From Ramazzottius varieornatus (taxonomy: Eukaryota > Animalia > Tardigrada): a DNA stretch of 64,000 bases. The stretch lies in assembly GCA_001949185.1 (NCBI GenBank), contig BDGG01000001.1, positions 9,058,464-9,122,463 on the forward strand, written 5' to 3'. A model generated the notes under the pieces. The model saw only the letters and a program-made list of their open reading frames with translations. It was not told the DNA's origin and ran no database searches. Of the stretch, positions 40,199 through 53,000 are shown one piece after another; position 1 is the stretch's first letter; every line of letters begins with the position of its first letter. Both the position numbers and the translations under genes were made by a program.

Positions 40199-42636
40199 CA
40201 AGGGATTAACGCCAGTCTGTCCACTCTGATTCTCAAACCAATATGATAGCATGATAGAGCAGAGTTTGCTCCACAAACTGAGATAAACTAAATCGGCGAA
40301 ATAAAATCCTGGAGGCCGCCACAGGAAGCGGAAGTAACGTCAAATTCAGGGCGGATCACCAGTGTGACAGCAAATCAACTAATTTGATTGCCTGATGGTT
40401 GATTTGAAATTGATTGAACCAGTTGCGCTTGTACTCTACGCTACGCCAAGCGCAATCAGTTTTGCTGTGCCTGCTGCTTCATTGCTCTTACATTCATCGT
40501 TCCGTTACTGCGTGATTTCCACTGTCGCCCGAAATGGATTCCGTTAATCCGATGAATGTGTTGAAGCTTCTGGAGGAGGACTACAAGCAGCTCTTCCAAC
40601 TGGATGGACAACCGAGCGAGGCTGATAAGCAGTTAAAAGAACTCGTCAAAGGTATGGTACTGTTGCCGTTTACTATGGCTGACATTGATATGAGATATTC
40701 CACCTTTCTGTTTCTGTTTTAGAATTTATGGATGTTAAAATCAACCGAGCAGGTAGTTCTTCGTTGGCACTTGAAGAAGACCTGCAATATGAACTGCAAA
40801 CAGACATGCAGACGTTCGACGAGTTCGAGAAGTTGGTTGCTGCGTCTAATCAGCTGGCTGAACCCGACGAAAATCCTAGCCAAGAAGATGAAGTCGTCGA
40901 GCCTCTCTCCAGTGGAACGGAACCATCGTCCAACGAATTCTATGTCCCGCGAATACCGAACCCAAAACAGCCGCCAAGTAACGCAGTCACCCTCGACTAC
41001 AAGAAACGCTCCGTCGATTCTGGAGGAATGTAGCTACGAAGAAACGACGTAGCCTTTCGTGTCCAGACCAAGTTCAAGAAAGTCACAAGTATTCGACAAC
41101 TCCAAGAATGGGAACGACATGTTTCTGAGGGCGGTTCCAGATATGATAAGCTGAAGGCGCTGCGTTTGGAGACTGGCAAGCAGTTCTTTCTGGCCAAGCA
41201 GAAGCCTCATATTGTGAAGGATATGGATATTCAACGTTGGGCTGTTACTGCGAACCGAACCATTGGCCTGGTAGGTTTCATGGCGTCTCCGGACTGGGTG
41301 GGAAAGTTGAAGAGGTAAACACATTGAAGTATTAAAATGAAATATGTATCATTGCCCGCGCAGATCACTTCAACCGAGAATTTCGTTCACGAGTTACTGC
41401 ACCACACTAACGGGGTCGATATTGTAGTTGTTACGGCATCGTCGATCGGAAGATCACCAAGTTCGTGACCGACAAGTACATTCAAGAAGCTCCGCAAGTA
41501 AAGAAATTCAAGAAGCTCCGCAAGTAAAGAAAACTGCGGAGGGGTGTGTCGCCCTTGTCAGATCGAGGATCTCAGATTACGGCTTGGACTGTATGTGGAA
41601 CACGGATCAGTCCGGGTTCGATTACGAGATGAGACCAGGGCGCATACTGCATCTGGCCGGCGCAAAACATGTTCTTGCGATCTGTCAGTCGGAGAACTCC
41701 ATGACGCATAGCTACACGGTTATGATGACCATTTCGCCCGGCACGCGCAAGTTTCTCCCACAACTGTGGATCACTGTCCAGGAGGACAAAGGCGTTTTCG
41801 GTTCTATTGTGGCAAGGACAATGTTTAAAGCTGACAACCTGTATGTCACTGCTTTGGTTTCGGGCAAGATGACAAAGAAGCTCTACTTGGTATGGTGTGA
41901 AAAGATATTGTTTTCTCATGTGGAAGATCGCTGCATTCTGCTGGCCGATTCGTGGAGAACCTATTCTGACCAGGAAGCTGTTTTGGAATTCAAGCCTGAA
42001 GAACTGGAATACGAAATGATCACGATTCCTCCGAAAGTGACTGGTGATATCCAACCACTGGACAGACTCTTCTTCCGAATGTATAAAGACTTCTTCCGGA
42101 AGATCTCCAGTTCCATCATTTTGCACAGCCTTCCACTTCAAGTTCATCATCGAGACGTAATCCTCAAGATGCATTCTTTGGTTTACCAACAGTTTCAGTC
42201 TCCCCGGTTTGGAGACCTAGTGAACCAGGCCTGGCATCTCTGCGGCTGTACTGACGAGTCCTTTGACTATGTAAATCCTACCGAATTCTCTTTCCCCAAG
42301 AAGTTGACTGGTCATTGCGACCATGAAAACTGCGACGACCGGCTTTTGCTTAAGTGCGGCTGGTGCAGAGCTCCTCTCTGCTTCCATCACTTCTACAATC
42401 AGTATCACCTCTGTAAAATTTATCTTCCATGAGTTCTGTGAATTTTTAGACTGTGCTAGTATAGTTGGTCATGTCATGTCGATGTAAGAATTTGACGTCA
42501 CTTCTGCTTCCTGTGGCGTCTTCCAGGATTTTTTTTCGCCGATTTAGTTTATCTCAGTTTGTGGAGAAAACTCTGCTCTATCATGCTATCATATTGGTTT
42601 GAGGATCAGAGTGGACAGACTGGCGTTAATCGCTTG
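40199..42636 (+). mobile_element. Tc4/Tc5-like (IS630-Tc1-mariner/pogo superfamily) DNA transposon, about 2.44 kb
   Basis: 149-bp TIRs at 40199-40347 and 42488-42636 with about 8 mismatches, starting CAAGGG. Flanks are gcTGA and TCAgc. Internal transposase gene. Confidence 0.92.
40534..42432 (+). pseudogene. Intron-containing DDD transposase, disrupted
   Basis: CENP-B-type HTH motif FMASPDWVGKLK, YGIVDRKITKFV, catalytic WNTDQSG / LLADSW / IQPLD and a C-terminal Cys/His cluster. Frameshifts near 41018 and 41060, plus a 26-bp tandem duplication at 41480-41531. Confidence 0.88.
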
Positions 42637-43157
42637 TCAGCGTTACTTCAAATGGTTAAGGAAAGCGCTCTTTTATCGGGGAGATGACTGCGTATGGTAT
42701 CTTCTGCCGTCCGTCCCGCAGGCTTTTGTAGCCGGAAAGGCCTTTGTCAGGAGCACAACGTTTCGAACATGTTGCTGGGACCGACCGGTGTCCATACGTT
42801 CTAAAGACTAGCTAGTGGTTCTGACCACTGAGAAGGCCGAGCAAAGGAGGCGAAAGATTATAGGCCACACATTTCTACTGCGTTACGTTGTACTTGCGAT
42901 TAAAAATTTTTTGTGACCCTGATCAAGTTACGCATTTGTTTTCAGTACAGAGTTTACGATATGTGAAAGCTCGAAGAATCTGATCGTCCATTGAGATCTC
43001 CAGACTTAAAAGGGCCTCGCCTCGCTCGGCCTGACTATGAATGCATTGATGGGAATGAGAAGAAACAATTGCCAGCCACGGAGCTTCGTGGCAGGCGATG
43101 TCAGAAGCGACAGGTGAACTGACAAAGGAGGGGACTTCTCAATCAATGTACGTGGTG

Positions 43158-43623
43158 CAGAGCATAAAACCGTTCGCAATTTTGGTAACCAAACGGACTG
43201 TTTCCGAAATTTTCAAAACCAAGCGGAAGTGAGCGGCAAAATTCTCGTATGAGTACGAGCGGAACCGAGCGGAAAAACTGACGGTAAAAACTGAACGGAA
43301 AAACCTTGCGAAAAGTCTTTTGTACTAGCAGAGCTTACATCAATAGTGGCCACTTTTATCGTCAGATCGCAATGTCTTGATGCTCTGGCTCGATTTTTGA
43401 GGCTAAGCTAGTCATTTTGCTTTCAAGGTTAATAAAGTTGTATTTTAACCAAAGTACAACGTCAGCCATTTCTGAGCGGAACAGACGGAGCACTTGTAGG
43501 CCGAAAGCCGAAAGCCGAACGGAAAGAAGCGGGAAAAAAATCAGCCTCTTCGAAAACGGAACCGGACGAAAATTTCCGTCCCTTCCGGTTCGGTTCCGCT
43601 TAGCAGACCATTTTTATGCTCTG
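43158..43623. mobile_element. Non-autonomous hAT-like MITE (466 bp)
   Basis: TIRs CAGAGCATAAAA / TTTTATGCTCTG. 8-bp flanks ACGTGGTG / ACGTGTTG (7/8 match). Many subterminal (A/G)(A/G)CGGA motifs. Confidence 0.8.
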
Positions 43624-44576
43624 ACGTGTTGTACGTGACCACGGCAGGAGATGATTAGCGTTTATTACGCACGGAGGTGGGAGTCCATCACGTGAAAAAT
43701 TTAAAGTACCCGGGCGGCATTTGGGTATTAGGTCTTCCTTTGCTGTGTTCGTTCACTTTGCGTTGGAAACACTGGTATAGATGGTACACGAGGGAGTTCT
43801 AGCTCGATTCGGGAAATCCATTTCGATGGAGGGAAAGTGTCTTCCAACATGAACAATCCGGTCGTTAGCTGTTGTACATGTAATGCCACTTGGTGCTTCC
43901 CGCAAGTAAGTGGCAGTTATCATGGTACATGGGGCAATCCACAAGGAAGGACTAGATTTACATCGGTGCAGTTAATTGCCGAGAGCTCTTTCGTCGAGGA
44001 TGCACACTCATTCGACGCCGACAAGTGCACCATCGTTCAGACTGCAGAAAAGGGAAGTAACGCTCTCGATCCTCTACTCGGCCCGGGACTGCGAACATGG
44101 TCATAAAGGCCACGAATGGCTACATTCAGCTTCACTTCCTTCGCAATGCTTGTAAAATTGCTCCGTTCCTCCTCGTCAACGTCAACGTGGCGTATCTATA
44201 TCTTTTGCTGACATCAAAACTGCGGACTGCGACGTCTAAATGTTGATAGAAGACCAGGGGGAGAAGCCCGACAGCTGATTCCACCGCCATCCTGTCTGTC
44301 GATCATCTTGTTTTGATCGCCGGCCTCGAGTTGAGTTACGCCCGTCGTTATTGGACCCTACCAGTATAAATTTGCAGACTTTGGCTTTTCGTTATTCACT
44401 ACGCTATTCCTGTACTGCCGGTGAACCCTTTCTCCGATATTCACTTCTCGCCAAGGTTTGTCCATGCCAGATAATCATCGAAAGCGATTCCACATCTTTC
44501 TAGTCTGTTATATCTGATAGGATCGGTGGTCCTTCAGCCTTCAGTTGGAAGAAGAGAAGTAAATACCGAGGATCTC

Positions 44577-45072
44577 ATGATCAGGATGGCAGGACAGAGC
44601 CCGCCGACGACCTTGTACCCGGCGATGGCACTACTGCTGACCCTCTTTCTCTTGATGGAATACAGCGGGGCCGTAGCAGGCGGAGCTGGCGAAGGATGCT
44701 CCCGCTTTTGTCGAGCCACGGGTTTTGCTGGGTCGGTCGGAAATTGTGCATGTGGCCTTTCCTTGTTCGCCAAAAGAACCGGTCTCCCGTTGGCCAACCC
44801 AAGGTGAGCTCTACAATGCATCCAGCCCATTCAGATGTGTAGAAACTTATTTGCGACTTTTTGCCTCCCCCTCCCCTCACTCATCTAGGTGCTCGTTATC
44901 AGTCACGTTAAGTTTTTCTTTTAGGTTTTCGCTGGAAGACTGGGAAGAAGTAGAGCGGAAGCGACGGTCGGTTCCAACTTTCGACCAAGATAAAACAGGC
45001 GGCATTCAAGCAGCCCTGCCTTCAAGCCGGGATAGGTTTGGTTCCCAAGCCCTGCCCCAACCTCCCCCTTAA
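44577..45072 (+). CDS. Cys-rich secreted peptide (neuropeptide- or defensin-like) precursor, 2 exons
   Basis: Signal peptide ALLLTLFLLMEYSGAVA, then GGAGEGCSRFCRATGFAGSVGNCACGLSLFA-KR and a second RKRR site. Intron 44804-44924. TATAAA at 44365. Confidence 0.72.
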
Positions 45073-45933
45073 CTTTAGAGGCCCACGCGCAGAGAACTCT
45101 CTGTTAGCCACTGATACATGGGACGTTGCTCTACAGCTAGCCGCCGCGAGAGAGGCTTATTGGTATGCGTAATATGTTACCGAAGATGGAAAGTGGTGCT
45201 ACAACACGGTCCTGCTGCTTAGCGCACACATCCTGCTGCCACGACCTCATGTCAAAAAATGCCTGTCTGGACTGTACCATTTCCATACTCAATGAACAAT
45301 TAGTTGAATATAATTTTCTACATACTGAGGTTAGGCATATAACTTCTTAACCATTTTAGGCTGTTGTGCGTTCGTAATTTTCAGATACAACGAACACAGC
45401 ACATGGCTGAGCTTACTGTTGTAACCACGAAGTATTCACGACGTCACGCGTATGAATAATTTGGTAGCGTGTTTCTACCCGTGGGTCTTGGACCTGTTGA
45501 CGATCAAGTCTTAATCAAACGTGCCTGCTTTGAAATAAACGGTTGTACTGTAAAGAAATTCCATAAACCAGGAGCTCGCAGCATAGGCACAACATCACGT
45601 TTCCACTGTTTGATATTGGAGAAGAAAGGGCTTCAGGGCCGTAGGGCCTCACGTTAGACCTCCAACGTAGGAGTTCCGACCACAAAGAAGCGCGGAACCA
45701 GGGCCCTCCATGGTCTTCAAAATAAGCGCCATCAATTCAGTCAGATGACTTTCGGAGAGCGCTTATATGTTGCCTCATGTTATGGGTGAATTACAGTGGA
45801 AAATGTCGAAAACTCGAAATTGACACTATGCAGAATGAGCACATAATCAACAGGATAAGTTCTGACGGCAAGAAACGGAGAAGCCAACCGAGGAGAAAAG
45901 GTTTTTACACTACAGGCTTTTATACAATGATGA

Positions 45934-47085
45934 CTATATTCGAACGATGAGAGGCTGCTTGGGGTTGTCGTCCAGGTAGGGGTCGCCATTGCCGTGGATG
46001 GGACCATAGTACCTGTCGTGGTTGGTGGCTTGTGTCACTTCATAGTCGGCCTGAATATCCTGGCTGTAGCCCAATGAAGTAAAGCCTCTGCTGCTCCTGT
46101 GCTTCCACAACTTCCTTCCTAAGGCAATGGCATAACAGCCAAAGCACGTCGAACCGATACTGGCAACTATGACCACCAGTACCAGGAAGAGGATGGTATG
46201 GCCTTGGGAATAATAGTTGGCCGAGTTGTCACTGTAGCTCCTAGGCAAGCTGGTGCGAAGGGTCAAACAGTCCAAAAGGGTTGTCGGTCGATGGCTGGGC
46301 TGAAACTCTATGCAGAACTCGTAGGCAGTGTTGACCTCCAAAGTCATAACCGTGTACTGCCGTGCAGTCGAGGGCAGTTTTATGGTGGCGCTGACTTGGG
46401 CGGACTGCGAAGTGTCATCTTCGAAGCGACGATAGCGTAACAAGAGGTGGCGCGACAGTCGATAGCGAGTTTCGACGTGGTGATGGTGGCGCTGCGAGGG
46501 ATGAGTGGAGGGCGAGCCGCGATGATGAGGATGATCGGACGGGAGGGAAGTCACTTGAACTGTACCGTTCCATGTTAGTGTCACTGAAGTGCTACTGACC
46601 AATAGTGGTATTAAGGCCACCATAGGATGAGATACCTGCAATTTGACAAGGTCGTCACGGAAGCTTTCTTGTCAAGGCCTGGTTCTCACCTTGATTTCAA
46701 CCAGGAACTTGGCCTGGCCGACGCTGTTGGTAGCCACGCAAAAGTATTTGCCATCATCATGGGGAACGACATGTTTGACCTTCAAGGTTCCCTCTTGGTT
46801 GACCAAATGATGGCCAGGTGTGGTCGGTAGGAGGAGAGATTCGCCATTAGAGAGGACCTTGTACCAGGCCATGTGCGGCGGGGGTGAGCCATAGGCTTGA
46901 CAGGGCAGCTTGAACTCTTCGCCGGGGAAGGCCGGGTAGGGCTCCTCGGACAGGGAAGTGATGATGGGTAGCTCGCAGAAGGTAAAGGCATCCGGACGGC
47001 AGGCTGTATTCTTAGTGATACGAAGAGCCAAGACGGTGCTGGACGGCGGACAAGCCAAGAGGCACATTGTCAGGCTGAAGAGCAT
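45934..47085 (-). CDS. Type I membrane protein with Ig and FN3 domains (LRRN/LRFN-like C-terminal architecture), 2 exons
   Basis: I-set Ig (LPCQAYGSPPPHMAWYK...GTLKVKHV...DDGKYFCVATNSVG), FN3 (SVTLTW...YTVMTLEVNTAYEFCI) and TM helix (ILFLVLVVIVASIG). 54-nt intron 46636-46689. Confidence 0.8.
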
Positions 47086-50000
47086 CTGCAGCCTCCTCTG
47101 ACTGCAGCCCACTACCCATATCGGCCTCTGCAACCTGCCACCTGCACACCGCCCCCAACTGAACAATAGACAATCCTCCATCCTCACTATAAGACAACTT
47201 CCGCTAAGCCCCTCATTTTCGCTGCATCACACACCCTCGTTTTAGTTAGATACGTCCAGGCGAGGTGAAACGGGAGGCAGCAAGTACCACGAGGTTAACA
47301 GCAACATCCTGTAACACAAGTAAACGTTACAAGGCTTCAACTCACAGGTATCGAGCAGTAACCTGTGCAAGTTAGAACCCAACAATGCCGATTTCCTCGT
47401 TCTTCTTTCGTTCCACCTTCATACCAGTATGCGAGACAAAATTCCTACAAAGGAGACAAGATGGTGACCACAGTATCAAAAGCCAATTGTTACAATTTTC
47501 AAGTCAGGCTCTAATTATAACGACCTTTCCGGGCAGAAAATATCCCGGTCGATCACACAATGGTTCTCACGCTCAATTCCACTGATAAACATGACAAACT
47601 TGTGGGGAAGATTTAGGCTGAACTATGGTGGAGAGAGTAAGATGCCGGCGGCTAGCGAGTGGTCTGTGGATAGGATAAAAGAGCTCCCGCGAGCCTGGTA
47701 CAAATTGCTGGAGAGGGGTTAAAGAGGCGATTGGTAGCTCGTTTGGGCGTTAATCGATGGGACAACGTCAACATGAAATGTTGATCAAGGATGACGCCTG
47801 ATGGAGATTAATTGCCGGCAACGGCCACAGATGGAGAGTCATGAAGGACCGCCATGTTTGCACGCACCACGGAATGTCAAAAGAAATAGGAGCATGGAAG
47901 ATTATTCCTGCAGGCTGTGGCAACTACTGTATATAGCTGGGCAGAGTCGTTGCAGAGAACTGCCAAAGATGGGATCTAGCTGTGCCTAATCCCTCATGCA
48001 TGGGAGCCTGCAGCACCAGCCGTATCAAAGCCCAGTTGCCTCGACGAACCCCAATGAAGAAAGGGGCTGTGGTGCACAACCAGCCGCATCCAGCATCATG
48101 ATCTGCCAACTCAGGCTGTTTCGCTTAGCCGTCATTGCCTCTTCAAAGGCTATCAAATCCTTATCTCTAATTAACTTTACCCTTTCCGCACAATTAATTC
48201 CTTTCAACCCCCCAAAAAATCACTAACGTACATTTTCAACACCGATTCCTCAGCCTTCCTGAAAATATTTTCTCACGTTTTACGGCCAATGATGTTGGCG
48301 AACCATCTGCAAACTGTAGAGAACTTGTTGTATGGGACAGCTATCTTTTCAGAAAGTAAGGCGAGGGCTTTCCCATGCTCCCGGATAGGCTATAGCCTAA
48401 AACGCCTGAAGAAACTGGCTGCGAGGTTGGCCGATTTGAAGAGTGCACCTCCACCAACTCTATCTAGTAGGAAGTCGCCGCGTTTCCGCTACTGAGGCTT
48501 TTGAAAATGAATAGCTTATGATGTGCTTGTAGTGAAGGCGTGAGGAAACAAGAGGATGGCGTGTTGTGCTGCCCAGCAGGAGCAACATCCGGTTCTTTCA
48601 AATATCACACGCTACATATTACCTTTCCGGCACGCTTCTGTCCAGACTCTTTCAACAGCTAGACAATTGCAAACCTTCTTCATGTCTTTTCCGCAGCAGT
48701 AACAAAAAAACTTTATCGTGCGAAGGATGCCTGTTAAAGGCACCAGTAAAGATGGAGTGCGTGGAGACAACGGAGCAAACTGGGACTTGTGAAAAAAAAC
48801 ACGAGGCTTGTTATTTTTTAGGGCGAAGAACGGAAGCAAGGGCAGATTTCCCTGGGGATCAAGGAGCAGCCTGTGTAAACAGCTTGTCAACCACGAACCT
48901 AGAAATTGCTTCCACCATATTACATTTCTTCGTTGTTTGAAGACCCAAGCCTAGCTCTACGTAAGCCCGGCTGGCACGTATACGGCAAGTCATGCATGGA
49001 AAATGGATGGATGGGACACGGTTGAGCGAAAGGGGATCTAGCCGGATGGAAGGAAGAAGCATTAACCAGATTGAATATGAGAGGCGGCTGTGACATTACA
49101 GATATCACGACGGCAGGCCTGGCAGGCAGTCGCTTCACATCTGGGCAACATTTAGCCCTTGGTTTTGTCGGCTAGCTCTTCTGCCGCTTATGACGCCATG
49201 ATCGATGCTATACAGCAGCTGATTATGTCTGTGCACCATCAGCCAAATGGAACATTTGACAAACCAGCTTCATCCATTCAAACAACATTTCTATCTGTGG
49301 CCACTGGACCTTGAAAAGATGACGACCTGGCCGAATAATCGCCTGCATGCCAACTACACTTCATCCCTCTTTCTCAGTGATACGATATTGTATCTAAGTA
49401 GAAGACACCATCAGCAATGGAAGAAGGAAGGCCTTTTGTGCTGGGACGATGTCCATATTATCGAATGTATAATCATTTAAATAATGGTCCCTGCTTGAAG
49501 GGCTTTCTAGACAGGTTGCGTAGACAAAGCTAAGCTGTGGCTGCTTAGTTGCACATATTCCTTGATTAAAAGTTTGAGTGATGGACTTTTAGCTTGTTGA
49601 CTTTTGTGAGCGCAACACATCCCTAGTGCTGAGGTCCCCGGCGTAACTGTGGAACCAACGAGTGGAACCTCCCTGGTATAACAGTTAGTATGTCAACAGC
49701 GGGCACACGAGGCAATTGGCAAACAAAACAAATCGCACTACTGTAGTGTACCACAAAGCGGCGCTGGGTCAGAAAAGCTGCTGTTGGCTGTTCCCTTTCC
49801 CTATTGACTAGTGCCTGATGAGGAAGCTCAAGTCCCCTAAAATCAGGTCGGCAAACACATTGTCCATCATATATTATTTACATGGTGGGCTGACGAGCCT
49901 ACATTCATCCCAGTTACATGTTCACAACTAGAGAAGAATGAATGAAAAGTAAACTGTGGCGTCTTCCCTTATCGATGTCTCTCCACTTCTCCCCTCAAAA

Positions 50001-53000
50001 CAGTAGCGCAAGCATCAAGCATCCCACGTCAACAAGCAAGTTATGACCGAAGGAGGTCCTTCGCTTCCCGACATTGTAGCTGCTGCAGCTGCCTTGGAGA
50101 TGATAGATAGCAAGCCGTCATCATTGACCCAACAAAGGCTTCAAAGTGATCATGCAGACCATCATCATGGCTGCCGGCTCCCCTGTCGGCATTGATGCAT
50201 AACTCCGTCATTGCCAATAATCACTCTCCACGTACACTTGCACCTGCATCTAATCTCTATTTCCTCGCTTATAAGACCCACAGAAATCACCATCTTTTAA
50301 ACTCACTCCTATCTCTATCCCATATTCTCGCACACGCTGACTCAAACATAAACTGCAAGATGTCGCAGCTCATGTGTCATCTTTAGCCTGTAATTTACAA
50401 CTTACCCAATTTACCGGTGTCCTTGTAGGGTAGTTGCTCCGTCCCGTGCCGTCCAGTCCAGTCCACTCCTCTCGTCGCAAAACTATCCAAGCGTAGCTAG
50501 ATGGGAAATCTGGGTAAAATCAAGAGAAGTAAAGGCCGTCAACTAAGGTTGTAAAGGGTGCACAGTGGCAAGACGGAAGTGGTGATAAAGCTAGATAGCA
50601 CTGAAGGAAGATATGCTCAGCGTGGAGCCGAAGGCCAACAAGAGGGGGCAGCCTATATGGCGATGGCAGTATCAATGGCGGCTCATTTCCGGATGCACAT
50701 TGATGCATGTTAATTGCCGGCAATAGCCTCCCATCATCCACAGCTTCCTAGCCATCAATAATCTATTAATCCTCAAACCAAAGTCTCCATCCCCACTGAG
50801 CTCTCTCCTCTCCCATCCCAACACATCTGACTTCAACTACTGCAGGCAATGAGGCGCTGCATGCACGCCATTCCATGCAACATTAAAGCAAAACTACCGA
50901 CAGTCACCATCAAACGTGTCCTAGTCCGTCCACAGAACTATCCGGGGAAACGGCAAGTCCTAGTGTGGATGTATAAAGATCGAGGAAACAAGAAAAGGAA
51001 AGCCGTTTGGCCTAGATGGTGAACTGGGACGTACTGTACCACGAACCGCTCAGTGCGTTGATACGTGGTGACAGAAGTCAGATAGATAGATGGCGTGCTG
51101 ACTGAAGGCGTCCCTGCAGACGCTACATGTGCCGCCAGGTGGCCCTCTCGCGTTCCATTGAGAAGATCCTGGATAGATTCGTCTAAAGAACAGCCAGTCT
51201 GCCGCCAAAGCGAGCCAAGTCCCATGTTTTTACAAAGACATTCAGTTAGAGTTTTGTACAAGCCACCCGGGAGATTAGGACGACTGCTGGAAGAGGCTGG
51301 TGTGAAATGAGCCATCGAGTCGGGGCAGAAGCTCTGTTCAATTGGCTTGAATGATTTTGTTCTGGACTTGCTTGTACTGATGGACATGGTGGATATGGCG
51401 TCGAGCGTCCCCAAGATGGCAGCAGCCCTGGCTGACGAAGTATCTGTGGCCGATGTACACTGTGGCTTTCGGTAACAGTGCCTTTGCGGATGGACGTCCA
51501 TCTCACTCATCTGGCTCGTGCTTGCCAGATGCTTCGACAGTCCACATTCCAGACTTGTGCATTACGGAGCTCCGTCTTTGACGCCAGGGTACAGGGACGC
51601 CAGCAAACTTTCAGGTCTTCCAGTTTCTGTGTCTTCCACAAAACCATCTCAAAGGGCAGCTCTGCAAGGAATAAAGGAACAGGCAGCTTCAAAACGCCGC
51701 ACCCACAAGGATAAAACATGTTCGGAAGGCTAGAGTCCAAAATACCGTCCATCTGTCTCGAGAGTAGCATTGGTACGATTGGAGAACCGGCTATAAAAAT
51801 CGCTCCTTAAACAAGTCACAGTAGATAGTAAACAGTCCAATCACCCGGGTGTAATTTACTGACGGTCGTACAGTTTCTGTCACGACGTCATGCGCCACCT
51901 ACAACCGACCTGCTAGCTAACTGTACGTGAACCGAATGGACTTTGCCCTCCTGCCCGGCAAGACGTTCAGTTTCCCATGAGCTCTGATATTAAACGCTTC
52001 CTTGCTCATCAGCTGGACAGTAGACAGCCTAGTCGCCGAAAAAAGAAACATTTATGAAACAGCGCTTCATGTAGTCGAAGTTGGTGGATAAACGGCAAAG
52101 CTGACAAAAAGGCGGTTAGGAAAAGGTGGCAAAGCAAATTTAAAGGACAATTCTCTTGGATCAAAAGGTTTGCTGGCCATCGCCAAGTATGTGGACAGCG
52201 TACACAGATCACTGCAAACCTAATATGTATACCTTACACATATCAGCTTATGGATGTCTAAATACTTGTGGAGAGCTTTATTTACAGCTAGTCCACAAAC
52301 ATCTTGCGCCGCTTTCGCTGCCTGAATATCATCAAATGTGACAATGATGTTAAGCTCTCCTTTCTGTCGTTTATTCACTACTCAAATGAGGAGGGAAGTA
52401 AGCAAGTATATACAATCAAGTGGTAAATATGTGCAGTGTAAATTACGGTGTTAGTTATGCCGTACTCTCCTAACCGGAAGTTCTGACACTGTATAGATTC
52501 CGACGTACGCTGATATCGTAAAAGCAGGGCATAGGTCTTTCTGCAGTCTTCATTTGCTAGGGCTTTTCGCCGTCGTCCATATTTTGGCCCAACTAGTTTC
52601 CTGCGCCAAGTTTGCGGCGTGAGTGTAAGATTACCGATGGCTGGCAGTACTCTTCCTTTTTAGCTAAGGGGAATATGGGGTAATCAGAGCTGGATGGTGA
52701 GGAGATGCGGGAAAGTGGAGAGAGAAAGTGAAGGATAGATGACGCAGGGACAAAAACACTTGAATTTCCAATGACATGCAAGTTCCTATATCGAGCTATG
52801 GTGGAGTAGTCTAAGTGGCCCGACCTAGCTAGCAAGCCTGTCAGGACACGTCCATCATCACAGAACAAGACTAGCTCTTTACTCCATCATCATAATTCAC
52901 TATTCACCATCCTCATCCACGAGCACCATGTCTCAATTTAATTATTAAACTTTGCAGCAATATTGATCTGACGCTGTATTCGTCCTCGAACGTGAACGTG

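Noticed and set aside
41572-42189. 205-aa minus-strand ORF in the transposon
   Set aside because: Antisense shadow of the transposase domain.
50938-51770. 190-aa and 87-aa minus-strand ORFs in the gene desert
   Set aside because: No domain motif, codon bias or clear splice structure. They cannot be supported without expression or homology data.
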